Shown in pieces: positions 10,839 through 24,580 of a stretch of DNA of 64,000 nt. Below the pieces are notes generated by a model. The model saw only the letters and a program-made list of their open reading frames with translations, was not told where the DNA came from and made no database searches. Position 1 is the stretch's first letter; every line of letters starts with the position of its first letter. The stretch is taken from assembly GCA_038496445.1 (NCBI GenBank), contig JALMLS010000030.1, forward strand, positions 1 to 64,000, written 5' to 3'. A program made the position numbers and the translations under genes. This DNA is from Trichosphaerium sp. ATCC 40318 (lineage: Eukaryota; Protista; Tubulinea).

Positions 10839-13800
10839 TTACATCGGAGGTAATATAGGCGACAATTGTGATGCGTGCATTGTCTTTAGCATTAGCCAAA
10901 TATCAGCAAATCCAGGTCTATCATTTGGATTATGTTGTAAGCATGAGTTTTGAACTTCTTGTATTGGCGAAAAATGAACCCGAGGAAGCTTGAGCTTGTT
11001 TGAGTATACTAAAATTGCGACCTCTTGAGAAGAGTAGTCCTTGTACGGCAACGATCGGAAGAATAATTCATATCTGAAACAAACAGTAAGGTAAACATCA
11101 ACAACACTAGAACACAATTTGTAAACCACGTACAAGACAACACCAAACATCCAAACGTCACTCTTCTATATTTACGTGTTTAGTTTTTATCATTTTTTAG
11201 GATATAAGTATTGTCGTACTTTACTATAAATCCTTCCTGATTTTCCAGTTTTAATCATACACTCTGGTGCCATCCTGTTTAGTATAAAGGTTAGATAGGC
11301 TTGACGTAATTATCATTTGACTCGTACCATCTCACTGGACCTTCTGCTTGTGTTGTATGTGCGGCATCATCTCCTCCTCCGACTAGGGAACGAGAATATC
11401 CGAAATCGCTTTGCACAAAGTGAGTTTTTGAATGCAGTTTGCAAGAAAAGATCAATCTTACCTTATTTTTACATTGCATTCAGCTGATACGAGAATATTA
11501 CGGCACTAGATGAATGAAACAGTAAGAAAAAAACAAGAATAAGAGCACTTGAGTTAAGTAAAGTGATAAAATACTGAGCGAATCAACTTGATTTACGTAC
11601 AGCCAGGTCTCTACAAAAAAAGTCAATACACATAGTCAGTAAATGGAATGTACCTGTGGACGATCCCTTCCGCGTGTAAGTGCATCTATGAGTTTTTTTG
11701 GTTAATATATATTTTGGATATAAGGTGGTTTTTGTTCCTTACCATTCCTGATACAGTTCCCTAAACAGAAAGTAAGTTTCTATGTTTTGTAGCTTTGTTT
11801 CTGTACCTTTACTATTTTTACGATTTGCTTTCCACCTATTGTACAATCCTTGTCTTGTATAATATCTAACAGACTACCGCCTTGAACTAAAGAAAAAACA
11901 AAATAGGTTAGGTATGTACTAAGTAGGAATGTAAAGGAACTCACCAAATTCTGTACAAAGACAAACAGGGTTTGTAACCAATCCAAAAAACTAAGTTTCA
12001 ATATCAGAAAAGTAATGTTAGGTGACTTGATAGTGCGCACTTGAAGGACACTAGCATTAATTAGCAAGATCTTTTTAAGTAATTAGTTTTGCGTACTGTG
12101 GATGAGGACGTAGTTTAGTAAGTGTGATAGCCTCGCTCTTGAACTCTTTTAACTTATTTTGATCTATCTGCAACTGAAGCTTCTTTACTGCAACCTATTT
12201 TCTTAGTTTAATAAAAAACGTATCTCTCAACACATGTCTATCCTCGTACAATTGCACCACGCCATTGTGCCCTATAAACTGTACTATAGTCACCCTAATA
12301 TCGCAACAATAAGCATAAACACAAAAACACAAAAAACCAACAAAATCACGTGATAAAGAAATTATCACGTGCCTTCCCAATCTCAGATGAAATCTTTACT
12401 TGGTCTCCTTCCATAAACCAATAAGCGCTTTCACCTAGGGGATCATTATCAGCCAAAAAAATAAGGATACCTTCATCGAAAACACAAAAAAAACAAGTTC
12501 TTACGAAGGGTCTTTGCTTGTGCGTCTGGCTTTTCTTTTTCTAGTTTGGCGTCTGCTTCTTCTAGCTCTTTGACTAGTACCATCCTAGCATCCTCTGAAG
12601 CATCCAATTTCTGTTTTAAGAGTCTCTTGACACGTTTTAAATTAGCTAATTTCTTTTCTAGTTTTTCTATCTCTAGCATATAATCTTTATCCTTGCTCTT
12701 ATCAATTTGAGGTGCTTCAGTCCCAGTAAGTTTTTGTTTTTCAACGTTAACGTCTGGAGGAGTGAACAAATCAGGTGTTGAGAATATACCAGCGTAAGAC
12801 TTCTTCCTCCCTAATCAGATGAGAAACAGGTTAAAAGGGATAAGAACAGTACTTGATACTGGTGAACAATTTCGAGGTGGTCTTTTCGGAGAACTCTTTT
12901 TTGAACCCGATGATCCTGATTCTGTTTCTTCGTCTATTATTCCAGCAGCAGCGTTCTTTAAATGTATGCGATTACGAACTATATCACTCGGTCTCAATGG
13001 CGATGTTGGTTGCAAATCTGGTCCTACTTTTAAGGACTTTGCTTGTTCATATAACTCCTCTAGATTTGCTGGAGGTTCCTCACCACCAAGGTAGTAAGCA
13101 TCGTTAACTTTTTGTAATTCTCTCAGCTCCTTTGGTGAAAATGAAGCCAATAACTCTTGATAATTCTCGTATCCTTCGAATAATGAGCCGTACTGTGTTT
13201 GTTCTGTAAACAAAGTGAGACAGTCAGCATGGAAAGCGCGAAAGTGAAAAAAAGAAAAGAAAAAAAAAAAGGTCAAAAAATTTGGAAAAAGTCGTTACTT
13301 TGTTCAAGTGACATTGTTGGTAAAAATAAATAATCCTCATCACTAGGTAGAGCCACAAGATTACCAATAGTCCTTGATCGACGCCGATCTCTAAAATATC
13401 CCATGTCATAACCCTTTCACAAACAATTGAAGAACAATCTTTTTTTTTTTCAAAACGAAAACTTACGCTAGTACACTATCATCATTACTCCTACTTCCAC
13501 CAATTTTAAATTTTGATGTTCCGTTTACTATTGTTATGATTATTAATGTATAAAATGATAAAATAAAGGTAAATCAAGATCATAAAAAAATTATTTGTTT
13601 TTTTATCGAAATTTCACGAACGCACTTTTTGATAATCTAGCAGCGAGTCTGTATCTTTGTTTCTTCTGATTCAAAGCGTATGCGACAAGCCCTAACGAAA
13701 GTTTATTTAATAAATATTATTAAACTATACTCATCAACACCAAAACCCGTACCAGGATGAATAGACGCTTTCCTAAAAGTATGGCATGAGCGCGAAGAAA

Positions 13801-14207
13801 AAAAGCAAGACACTTGCAAAAAAAAAACGGACTTAAAAAATATAAACGTCACGTGCGCTGTAGTACCTCGTTCTTTGAGTACCACCAGACCATTCAACAT
13901 TTCCTGAACTATCTTGAGACTCTTTTCTCAAAGATTGAGAATCCATTGAAGTCTCTTCATCCTCGTGAATAGAGAGCGTAGAAGAAGACGATTTATTGGA
14001 TATTGCTGGCTGATTATTTTTCGGTGCACGTGGTAGCGCCTTCACACCGTGCGTGGGACGTCCAGAAGTGGGTGAGCGGCTGTTTTTCGGCGTCATCATG
14101 GTATTAGAAGGAGTATCAAATACATCAGTAGGCTTTGAGCGTTTTTTTTTTCCTTTCTTTTGTTTAACGCCAAGAAACTGCCTACCTCCCTCCTTCCACT
14201 TCTTCAT
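10839..14207 (-). CDS. Cytoplasmic tyrosine kinase / TKL kinase with low-complexity N-terminus and coiled coil, many short exons
   Basis: IGKGDYSTVYRAQWRG, VAVKKL, LRPHP, HRDLACRNIL, SDFGYSR, GPVRWMAPE, SDVWMFG, CLQHNPNDRPGF. Confidence 0.88.
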
Positions 14208-15108
14208 TGTTGTAATCTTGAATAAGTAGCGCTCGGCACTAGCGTTTATTTGGAACTAATTACGAAAAAACGTGACCATGTACTAAATCTGGGTCTAAGG
14301 TCGGATTTTAGTTCAGTAGTTATGTTAACTTTGTTATTTATACCATAATTGGTTACAGATTGGGTTGTTTTGAAGTAACGTAGTTTAATGTCATGAACCA
14401 CAGAAAAACGGTTGTACTTAAAAACTGCACGAGCATCCAACAAGCGTGCTGGATACAACCACACGAAATTTCGTGCTAAAGAATCTTTCTTGTGAAAAGT
14501 CAATTGTTGCTTGTCCTCCAACTAAAGCCAGCCACAAATATTCGAAACAGATTAGCCATCGGCTATGAAAAATGGAGACATGTAATTTCAATGCCTTTGA
14601 ATTTGTAACAAAGAGTCTTCGTACTTTTTGATAAGATACTTTAGCTGGTTTTAACTGGCTACTATTTGAACTTTATCCGTCTATAGCCGATAACTGCCCA
14701 CTTAGTATTTTAATAATACATGAGAACAATAAAAGTTAACTGTCCTTACCTGAGCTACAACATGCCCTACAGGCTGACATACTTTTTAATTCTTGAATCA
14801 TTCTTAAGTTTATAGCTTTTCTTTCGCGCCACTTTCTTCATAGTTGCAACGTGTCATATACATGTGTCACGTGATCACTCAGATTACTTATACTTATATC
14901 TTCATGGATTATTGCTATGCGAAGGCTCCATACTAATTCTGTGCCGTGTTTTAAGTTAGCAGCTTAATCGTTCAGTTAATTAAACAAGATTTAACTAGTT
15001 ACACAAGCGTTACAACATCTCCTACACAACGTATCTTTAATCATAATGCTTATTACGGGTGCGTACGGGCTTAATATGCTCTTTTTACATACAAGTATAT
15101 CATTTTAC

Positions 15109-15911
15109 ATGTTAAAAATACCACAATCTATCAAAAAAGGCTGCAACTAGCACTCATTTTACGACATCTCTTGAGAGAACAGGCGTATGGCTTCGTTGGT
15201 TCGATGACGGGAGTATAAGGGAAGAGTACTGGAATACTGGTGTTTGCAAAGAGTACCTCAAAGATGGTTCAGTGTGTCTAATATACAGACAAGTTAACAG
15301 TGTTAAAAACGGTAAACAATATTCCAATAACTTTCAGGTTCTAAGAAACATGGTGAATACAAAGAGTGGCACGAAAATGGACAAATAAGAATGCAGTCAA
15401 CTATGGTAAATGACAAAATCGATGGCAAGTGGAAGGAATGGCATACAAACGGGCAACTAAAATATGACTGCATTGCAGACCAAGGAAAGGAAGAAGGCAA
15501 GATAATAGAGTATCATGATAATGGCAGAGTATTATATGACAGTTTTCTCAAAGATGGTGTTAAGCAAGGTTTATCCAAGAAGTGGTATCAGAATGGCCAA
15601 CTGTCTTTCGAATGTAATCATGTTAATGGATCAATTCATGGTGTCTTAAAGAGGTGGTATGAGAAAGGTAGAATCAAGACAACATGCCCATTTATACATG
15701 GGAAAAAACAAGGTGAATGGAAGTTCTGGCATGACGTTAGTAGTGGGCAATTAATGCTATACAACATTTTGAAAATGGTATCAGAACAAGCTTTTGTCAA
15801 TGGTACGAAGACTGGACGATAAAAACACAGTATAATCATAGAAGCGTGAATCAAGCATACTATCACTATGATAGATTTGGTAATAGCACTGGATTTGACA
15901 TGTATGATTGA
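15109..15911 (+). pseudogene. MORN-variant repeat gene with several frameshifts (paralog of 8233-8982)
   Basis: KHGEYKEWHENGQ and KQGLSKKWYQNGQ repeats; N-terminal ATSTHFTTSLERTGVWLRW resembles ATTTRYDDNLKKHGKWLR. Frame breaks near 15138, 15320 and 15757. Confidence 0.65.
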
Positions 15912-16224
15912 TCAGATGATAATCCATCTGAACTGAAGAAGATACGCAAAGAAATAGTTTCTAGAATCAATGCAGAAAAAGAACAAGTCACAGAAACCAA
16001 ATTGCAATTAGTACTAAGGTAACTGCGCTGTCAAATAAAAAAGTCAACGCAAGGTGCCCCTATATCAATACAGTAAAGTAACGGTTACTCAGTTTGAGGA
16101 TATGTGAAGCCTACTAGCAAAGAAAGTACCTTCATGCAATAACGTAAAAGTTGTGTTTAACCAAGTCAGTTTTCTAGGCCAAAAGGGTAGATAGTTATCT
16201 TTTTTATTTGCTTATAAATGTAAT

Positions 16225-18761
16225 CTAGTATCCATGATGGTACCCAATTTCATCAAACAAACTTCTGCACGTGTCACTCTTCCAGTCTTTGAAAAACGAT
16301 ATTAGAAAAAAAAATCAACAAATACAACAATATAAAAACGTACTACTTGTCAAAGATACTTGTGGTGTATCGAATACAATGGCTGGTCTTTGTCCTTCGT
16401 TGAATAGTGGCCATTCTAATGGAACGGGCATAGGTTTATTTGGGTTTCCGCTTATTATGAAATTGCCAAAATACGTTACAAGGTTTCTAAGTGTCTCAAT
16501 TAATTCACAACATTTGAAGAAAAAAAACTGAGTTTGGGGTCAGATACTGCTATGAGCTCTTTTAACTATCGGAATTGTTCCGCCAGAGTTTTAAGTGTCC
16601 ATAAAAACTGACTATACGAAGCTTATCGCGTACTTGGAAAGGGTATCTTCATCTTTGTAAAGTTGAATCCAACAGCTGGAACAAGATTCGCACTATGCTA
16701 ACAGAAGGTAAGTTCAACAAGAAACTAGGTTTTTTCGCTCACAAATAGTATTGGGAGTTCAGCGCCATGACACACGTGACCAATACAATGAGTATACCTA
16801 TGAAAAATATCTTAACAACAAAATTGTTCTTAAAGCATGTGATTCTCACCTTGGTCCCCAGGCATCAAATGATAGTGGATGTGCGTACTACAAGGTATTA
16901 GTTTGTACTAGATTACAGCGATTTTAGAGGTACCTCATAATAGTATACTTGACCAGGAGAACGTGAAGCAATAGCACTTGTTGCATTTTGTTGTGAACAA
17001 GCAAAAATATAATCAGTACCAAGTTTGGCTAACTGTGGCCTCTTATCTCCAACAAATGGTTTTGGTGGGTACTTCTCAAGAACTCTAGCAGCATCAAGTC
17101 CAAATATTGCTGTCAATCCAGCAACGTACTAAACAAGCAGTTAGGCGATGTAAACAAAAATAGCAAGGACGTACTTCAGCATCGTTTACAGTAAAGTTAA
17201 GAGACTAAACAGTAACATTAGAATTATGGATAGCACAAACTCAACTTATCATTAACAAGAAATATGTTTGTTTCGAGAAGAAATAGCACGTGATAATATT
17301 ACCAAGGCCAATACGTAATTTGTTGAAAAGTTGGTAAAAAAAAAGTAGATGAAGTATTACCAGGTAAATAAACGGTACTGCTTCTTCACTGACATCACCA
17401 ATGATAGTAGGAATTTTATGATAGTTTCCTGATAGAAAAGCGTAATAAGGGTCCTGAGGCACTTCATCTCCATCAACTGCTATTGTCCAAGGATAAAACA
17501 GCTCAAGAATATGAGTAACGTCATGAAGAGTATCCTTGTTGAACTTGACTTCAGCAGCAACAATATCCGCAACATCCTTGCTTCGCAAACACTCAATGTT
17601 GTCTTCGCATTTAAGGAATCCCAGAAAAGTAGCGCCATCCTCTTGAATACGAGACAACGGCCTTTTTTTGGAGTTAACAGGTTGATCAAAAAGGTTTTCT
17701 TTCTTTTTTCTTCTTTTTCTGACGTACTTCATAGGTAATGTAACAGGGTTACTCATAATGATAGCTTTTTGGAAAAGACCTCTTGAATAAGGAGAAGTTA
17801 AATGTCCAGCTATTGAACTTGCACCTAGTCGTTGTCAACAAAGTTTCTCAAAAAAAAAAAAAAAGCTCCTCCAACCTGCGCTCTGTCCAACAACTGTTAT
17901 GTCACTTGGGTTACCTCCAAACGCTGCAATGTTCTATATTTTAATTAGATATTTTACAACACAATAGCGTACTTTAATCACCCATTTCATAGCGAGCCTT
18001 TGATCACGAAAACCGTAGTTACCCTGTAAAGTTTTAAATTAGCTCAAAAACAAATCGTTTGTCTTGTTTACCTTTAGCGTATCCTTTGTCGCTATCCATC
18101 CCAAGGCACCCAATCTATAATTTATAGTAATCACTATGACACCAGTAGTATTTGCAATGAATCTACCATCATAAAGAGTCGTTCCAGATGTTCCCTTTCA
18201 ATAACTTTAGTACACGAGAAAAAACTACTGGGCACTGTTTACCTGCTGGAAATTGCCACCTGGTAATAAATCATTAGTGTTGGTATTACTTTAAACGATA
18301 CCTACCTGGTATCCATATCATCACAGGTGCCGGTTTTTGGATATCCAACGGTGTGAAGATGTTCAAATAAAGGCAATCCTCACTCTGCACTGTAGGGCAA
18401 GTGTCTATAAAAACAGTCAAGCGAAGAAAAAACAAAAATAGCGCACGTGGAGGCAAATAGCATGATTGTGGACAACCTGGCCTATAAAACGTTCCATCCC
18501 ATATGGAAGGTTGCCATGCTGGTACAGGCTCTGGATTAGCCCATCTAAGGTCGCCTACTGGTGGAGCAGCGTATGGTACGCCCTATTTATTGTAATTTTT
18601 AGCCAAAAGTTAAACGGCGCGTTATGTACCTTGAAAGATCTATGGGTGTCATCAGATGTACCTTCTATAATACCTAAACCTGGTATGTTTACTACTTCTG
18701 ATGAAATGACAATGGTAGCTAGAATGAGCGTAAATAGGGCTCGTGATGTTGTTGAAGCCAT
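16225..18761 (-). CDS. Secreted type-B carboxylesterase/cholinesterase-family protein
   Basis: Signal peptide; GVPYAAPPVGDLRW, SEDCLYLNIF, NYRLGALG, GNYGFRDQ, FGGNPSDITVVGQSAG (nucleophile), CHGAEL (His). One apparent 1-nt frameshift near 16655. Confidence 0.92.
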
Positions 18762-19048
18762 GATTGTCGTTAGAAAGTTCAGTCACGTGTTTTATTGAAC
18801 GAACAGTTAAGTTTATAGCAAGGTTACAAATTTGCGCTGGTTCTATGTCACGTGACCCAACGTGGAATCGTGGCAGGTAAAACTTTTCGAATGAGGGCAG
18901 TTGGCCCAGTTCAAAACACGCCTGCATTTCATCAAACTAAGTGCGAAGAAGCAATTGTTTATTTGGACTGTAGAGAGGAAATACGTCGTGAATAACAAAG
19001 TTGACCGCTTTAACGGTTGAGGTTGCTTCTTTGTACTGTTTGGCTATA

Positions 19049-20459
19049 ATGAGTAAGCACTCACGCAATAATAACCATGGTTCTGTGTTTACATACCATG
19101 AGAGAAGACTCGTTGCCAAAGAAAACGGAACTTTGGCTGAGGTATGCGTTTTATTGTTTATAAATACGTATTGGCGTAATTGCTCACTCATATAAAGCGT
19201 TTGGGTTCAGACTCGCAAAAACCGTTTGAATGCTGTTTTCTCTGTATAAACCCTGTAATTACGCCTCTTGCCAGGTACAATACGCTAATTACTCAATTTT
19301 AGCTGTTTTACATTTTTTAACTCATTATTAGCCCTTACGGATTCATCTACTGTAAACGCTGTATCTACGAGAGCCTATTAGAACAAAAAAAACAAATTAA
19401 AGCACAATTTAAAGCATACAAATTGCAAAAAGAGGCTGCAAGGGTACGTCAACGCCATTTTATACCATAAACAACCGTCCAAAGCGATAAAACCATAAAA
19501 ACGCCTGAAAATTAGATTTGCCGATTACACCTAACTTTTCTTCAGGCCAAACGTGAGCAAGAAGAAGATATTAAAGAAGCTAAGGAAGTGGCAGCATTTG
19601 AGAGATCAATGATCGGCTTGGCCAAGAAGAAAACGATTGTAAGACCTTGCTGCCTTTTTTTTTTTTCGAAATTTCAAAAAACATCAAATTTCAAGCTTGT
19701 GTAGACGCTTCTTGTTATTTGGTTTTCGTAATCTTTATCCACATATATTTGGGTATATTTATAGAGTAATCTAATGAGGTGTCATGTAGGAAAAAGCAAA
19801 TTTGAAGCATAATTTTTGGTTACCTTCACAAGCACCAGATGCAGTCACTACAGTTATTAAGAAACCTTCAAAAAAGACAGTAGATCCAATGTGTGGTAAA
19901 CCGCTAAGGTATAGTAATCTTCGTACATCATAAAACCCAAAAACAAGCCAAAACAACAACCGAAAGCAAAAAATCATAAATTCTGGTTTTTTATGTTTTT
20001 GAAGTTTGCCATCGTGATGGTTTCGTAGGTTAAAGGATTTGATTAAAGTACATCTAACACCTGTACCAAAAGACGAAAATGATGGTCCTATTACTGCTGG
20101 ATTATATCAATGCCCGCTATCGAATAAAACATTAAAGAATGGTCAAAAAATAGGATTACTTAAACCTTCGGGTGAAGTTATGCTTAAGAACGTTATAGAC
20201 AAGTTCGTACTTCCGGAAGGTATTGACCCTGTAACCAATAAGAAAATAGAAGAAGGTGATATTATATGGCTCAAAACTGCAGGTAACTAAAGCTGTTTCA
20301 TTCGGCACAATTTAGTCATCAAAGAAAACATGTTATTTTCTTTCTCTTCCGGAAGTTTGTTTTGACAAACAATGTCATTCTAACTATTTTTAAGGTACTG
20401 GATTTTCTAGTAAAGGTAATGCAGAAGCGAAGCTAGCAAGGCCTGTAGCTTGGCTATAA
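19049..20459 (+). CDS. NOSIP: Nitric oxide synthase-interacting protein (U-box/RING-like)
   Basis: MSKHSRNN..SVFTYHER, RLGSDSQKPFECCFLC, PYGFIYCKRCIYESLL, NFWLPSQAP, LKTAGTGFS. Confidence 0.9.
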
Positions 20460-20586
20460 GGCTAATTTGTACAAAGAAGTTAAAAAAAAAAGCAGTAAAG
20501 AAATTCAATAGGACTTAATTCCTTTTTTATTTATTGTGCGTTATGCTTAGTGCTCAGTGCGCTAGTAGTACTTTTATTATGTTCCT

Positions 20587-22037
20587 CTACCATTCTGTCA
20601 AGGTGCACTTTTGACCATATCCGAGTTCAGCGCCACCAGATTGAATATGATCAACCCCAGTAGTGAATGTTGCCTATTTTCAATCAGAATTAGGTTATTA
20701 TGATACCACTCGTTTCTTTTTAATTCCTGTACCTCGGCTGCAATGAACAGACATAGTTTCCCAGATTCAATGATAGTACCCATACGACCCATGTGCTGAG
20801 CCCTAAACAAAAACCAGTAAGTAAAACAATTTAAAAAAAGGAAGGTTGTTTGTCTTACCGTTCGCCAGACTTAATTGTTGCGTCCTTGTCTGCAGTCTTA
20901 GCAGCGTTTGTCTCCTGGTTATAGTATCAATAGATATAAATATGGCTCATATTATAGACAGTACCCATAATGGAGTCATAATGTTTCCAGGTGATACAAC
21001 ATTTACTCTCACTCCGTTTTGCGCTTCATCAACTGCAAGTGCCTAAACAACGAGACAAATCAATCAACTTTAACCATTGTGGTATCGAATACGGACTTTT
21101 GTAAATGATATGATAGCTCCTTTTGTTGCTACGTATGTGACGGCGCCTTTTTGACCCATTGAGCCAACCAAACTATTAAATAAAAGTCATTGGAGTTTTT
21201 CTTTGTGATACAAAAAAATTCGCTTTACTTTTCTTGCTGTACCTCGACATGTTTATAATATTTCCTTTTGTCTTACGCAAATGAGGTAAAGCATGTTTAC
21301 ACGCAACGAATATACTGAAGAAATTCAACTCAAACAAACTACGTGCGTCCTAAAAACCAAAAAAACGTGAGATTAAACCAACCAAAAAAAAGACTCCATA
21401 GTATACTCACCTCAATGCTGAATCCATCAATAGGGCTATTAGGTGGATGCCTAATAAAATGAAGAATAAGAATACTAAACTGCAAGTTTTTAAAAAGGGT
21501 AACACGTGACCAAATGAATATCGCACGTTTTCAAAGCGGTACAATACAAGCCAAAAAGTTTTTGGTTTTGTTACGTGTATTTTCAAAAAATCGAGATTAG
21601 TTTAAAGACGTACCAACCGGCGTTGTTGACTAGGCAATCTAACTGCCCGTATTTCTCCACTGTCACCTTTATGAGGTTCTCTACTTGAGCCATATCCGAG
21701 ATATCACATTTAACAAAAAAAGCCTCACCATGACCCTTTGCATTCAGCTCTTCTTGTAGTGCCTTACCCTCTTTCTCGTTTCTTGCACAGAATACAACTT
21801 TTGCGCCTGCGTTAACAAATACTCTACGAAACAGTTAATACTAACGTTAAATACATGTTTTATAGCGTCTAAAGCGTTTGTTAAACTATTTACCTTGTTA
21901 CACCTCCTCCTATGCCTTTAGTGCCTCCTGTAACTATGCATACCTTATCTTTATACCTAGACAACAGTTTTAGAGTGTTTATGTTGAAAAAACATCTTTC
22001 CTAACCTCGTATTTGGAACAAGCGTGTCAACCGACAT
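20587..22037 (-). CDS. HSD17B14: Short-chain dehydrogenase, HSD17B14-like
   Basis: VTGGTKGIG, LDCLVNNAGWHPP, YVATKGA, VNVVSPGNIMTPLW, ATFTTGVDHIQSGGAELGYG (characteristic HSD17B14 C-terminus). Confidence 0.85.
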
Positions 22038-22607
22038 TGCGAAAACTTTTGTGAAAAAATACTACATTTTGACACTTAAAATCATTGGCCTTATGCTCAC
22101 GTTCACATTGTAATGCGTAGTTATAAGGAACTTAGCAATCAACAGGGCTACATTGTGGTACAATTGTGAAAACACGAGATATGACACGTTTTCTCCTTTA
22201 GGGCTTTTTGGCTTAGGGTGCTGTATGAGGTGACGTAAGTTTACATAACCAGCAGTTTCTGTTGTTTGGAACGGCGAATTCCAACTATGGTGAAAAACGC
22301 TGAAGAACATAAAGAGAAGTATCGTGTCGCGTTATACGTGCGTATGAGATGTCGTTAAAGCATTCAGTGCATTCATTCGTCATTTATCGACAACGCCTCT
22401 TGCTTTTTTGGTAAAGTACCATAAAAACAACTGTACGAAGGGTGTAATATAGTGTATTGTACTGACAGACATTGCAAAAAATAAAAAAACTTAAGACGTT
22501 CTCTCCCAAGTTCTCCACAAAAAAAAAGGGCTAAGCAACCACACAAGGCGTTGTACTCCAAAAATATTAAGTGTTGATAGCGAACTAAAAGGTGCTTTGA
22601 TGCTTTG

Positions 22608-24580
22608 ATGGGTATTGGTGGGCACAGGGGTTACAGCCAACAGGAGGAAGTCGACGAAAACGAAGATGAACGTCTTCAGCCATTAGAAGACCCAGAAGAG
22701 GAGAATCAGGCTGATGAGGAGCAAAGGCAAAACAATAGCTTCTTCTTTAACACACAAGCTGGCTTTTTCTTTGGGGGTGGCAGATTTCTATCTGGCGACG
22801 ATATTTTCATGCGACCAGAGGATGTCGCGTATCTGCAAGGACCACTCCAAAACATGACCCCGCCGGTCGAAAAGACTGTTACAGTGAAGTCACCCGTTAA
22901 TTTAAACAAGCGGTCGTTAAAACTGCTGCCTACAGACAAAGATGGCGTATATAATCTACAATTTACATTCGACAGCATTGTTGATTGTGTAGTTCGTGTT
23001 TTTTATCTGGCAAAGGAAACGAAAGACAAGAAAACTCAAGCGATAGCGTACGTATCAAATTAACGCTTTTTGAAGCGATAAATGACGTTTCATTGGTATT
23101 TTCCGCTTCGTATTTTTACGCGCGATACAAAGTCTAAATTACGCACAATTAAATACACTCACGCTCAAATACCCTTTTTAGAACAGTTACAACACTTTTT
23201 TTTTTTTCGCTAGAAAGTAAAAATTGTTCTAAATGTCTTCTAACTCATCCTTAAAGGTATACATCTGCTTCCGGAACACCAGACGGCACTTTTTTCAAGA
23301 CAGGACTTACACAAACGTATACATCATCAACAAAAAACCAATTAGACATATCTCTATTCCCTAACGACGAGGATTTGGATGTCGATGAGGAGAAAAAGTT
23401 TTATCCAGTTGTTGTAATGTTAGAAGCCGGTACGTGTCCAAAAAAGAATGTTGCTCTACAAAAAACTCAAAAACCCCAAAAAACCACTATAATTTTACGC
23501 GTGCTTTCTTTTCCCCGATGATGGTTATAATAATTACGCATCTCATATGGGTTATCTCGTTGCAGTTTTTTTTTTTCTAGAGAATCATAAAAGTACCCAC
23601 AACGTCACTGTACCGCTTCCGGACTTTTTTTATTAACTTTTTATCGCCTTAGTAACCGCTAAATCAGCTCATGTTCAATCACAAGCTACGTTAGCTAAAT
23701 TGTATAAATGTGCCGATGATACACTAGAGATTAAGGCTGTTAAACAAAAAATTCAGGTACAAAAACCGAAATTTAGAGTTTATGTTTTTTTATGGAAGTT
23801 CAAAAAAAACGCTCTTGTGCTCTTTTATGAAACTTGCAATAACTGGTAACTTACCCATTATAGTACCGTGGTATGTCTTATCTTGTTCATGATATTTTTG
23901 GTATAGATGAGAGCCGGTACGCAACCAAAAATCCAATTAACCGATTTTTGTTTGGTATTTCGAAAGCCATTTTTCTTTGGATTGTCTGAAAATTTTTTTG
24001 GATTAAAAGTATCTCTTTGCCTTTATTAATGTACTTACTTCCTTTTTGCAATAGTGAGACATCTGAAGAGTGTGTTATTTGTATTACAAATCCAAGAAAC
24101 ACTGTTGTTATTCCTTGTCGTCATATGTGCCTCTGTCACGAGTGTGCTGAAGCATTACGTCATCAAACAAACAAATGCCCAATTTGTCGTGGTTGTACGT
24201 GAATCGAAGCATTTTTTCCTTTTTCTTGAACGTGCATGCACGTTATGGTGTTCGCTGTTAGCTGAATACTCTCAAGTTTTTGGGTTCAGCTGAAGCCAAT
24301 CGCTTTTTTTTTTGACGTTAGTGTTCGCGTAGGCTTATGTTTCTTTCTAGCTGTCCGTTCATTGCTTAAGATTGAGATCACAAAGCCTAAAGGATTACTA
24401 TTGAATAAATCAACTGAGTCTATCATTGGTAAAAAGGAAGAGAATATTGAAGATGATGACGACGAAGATGATGAAGAAGAAATACAACTCACAAAGAAAC
24501 CAAAAAAAAAGAAAGGAAACTATGAGACTCTAGCGGTTGAAGAGCCTATTACGCCTTCTGAAGTACTTATTGAAGCCTAA
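22608..24580 (+). CDS. MGRN1/RNF157/LOG2-family RING E3 ubiquitin ligase
   Basis: Met-Gly start; [33 protein letters not shown]; C3HC4 [45 protein letters not shown]. Confidence 0.9.

Noticed and set aside
12462-12470. Minus-strand GTATCCTTA, a U12-like donor
   Set aside because: The frame is restored using the upstream GTAAGA donor, so the motif is intron-internal; the branch site is U2-like.
14515-14700. Short complementary words suggesting an inverted repeat
   Set aside because: The matches are short and not nested in hairpin order.
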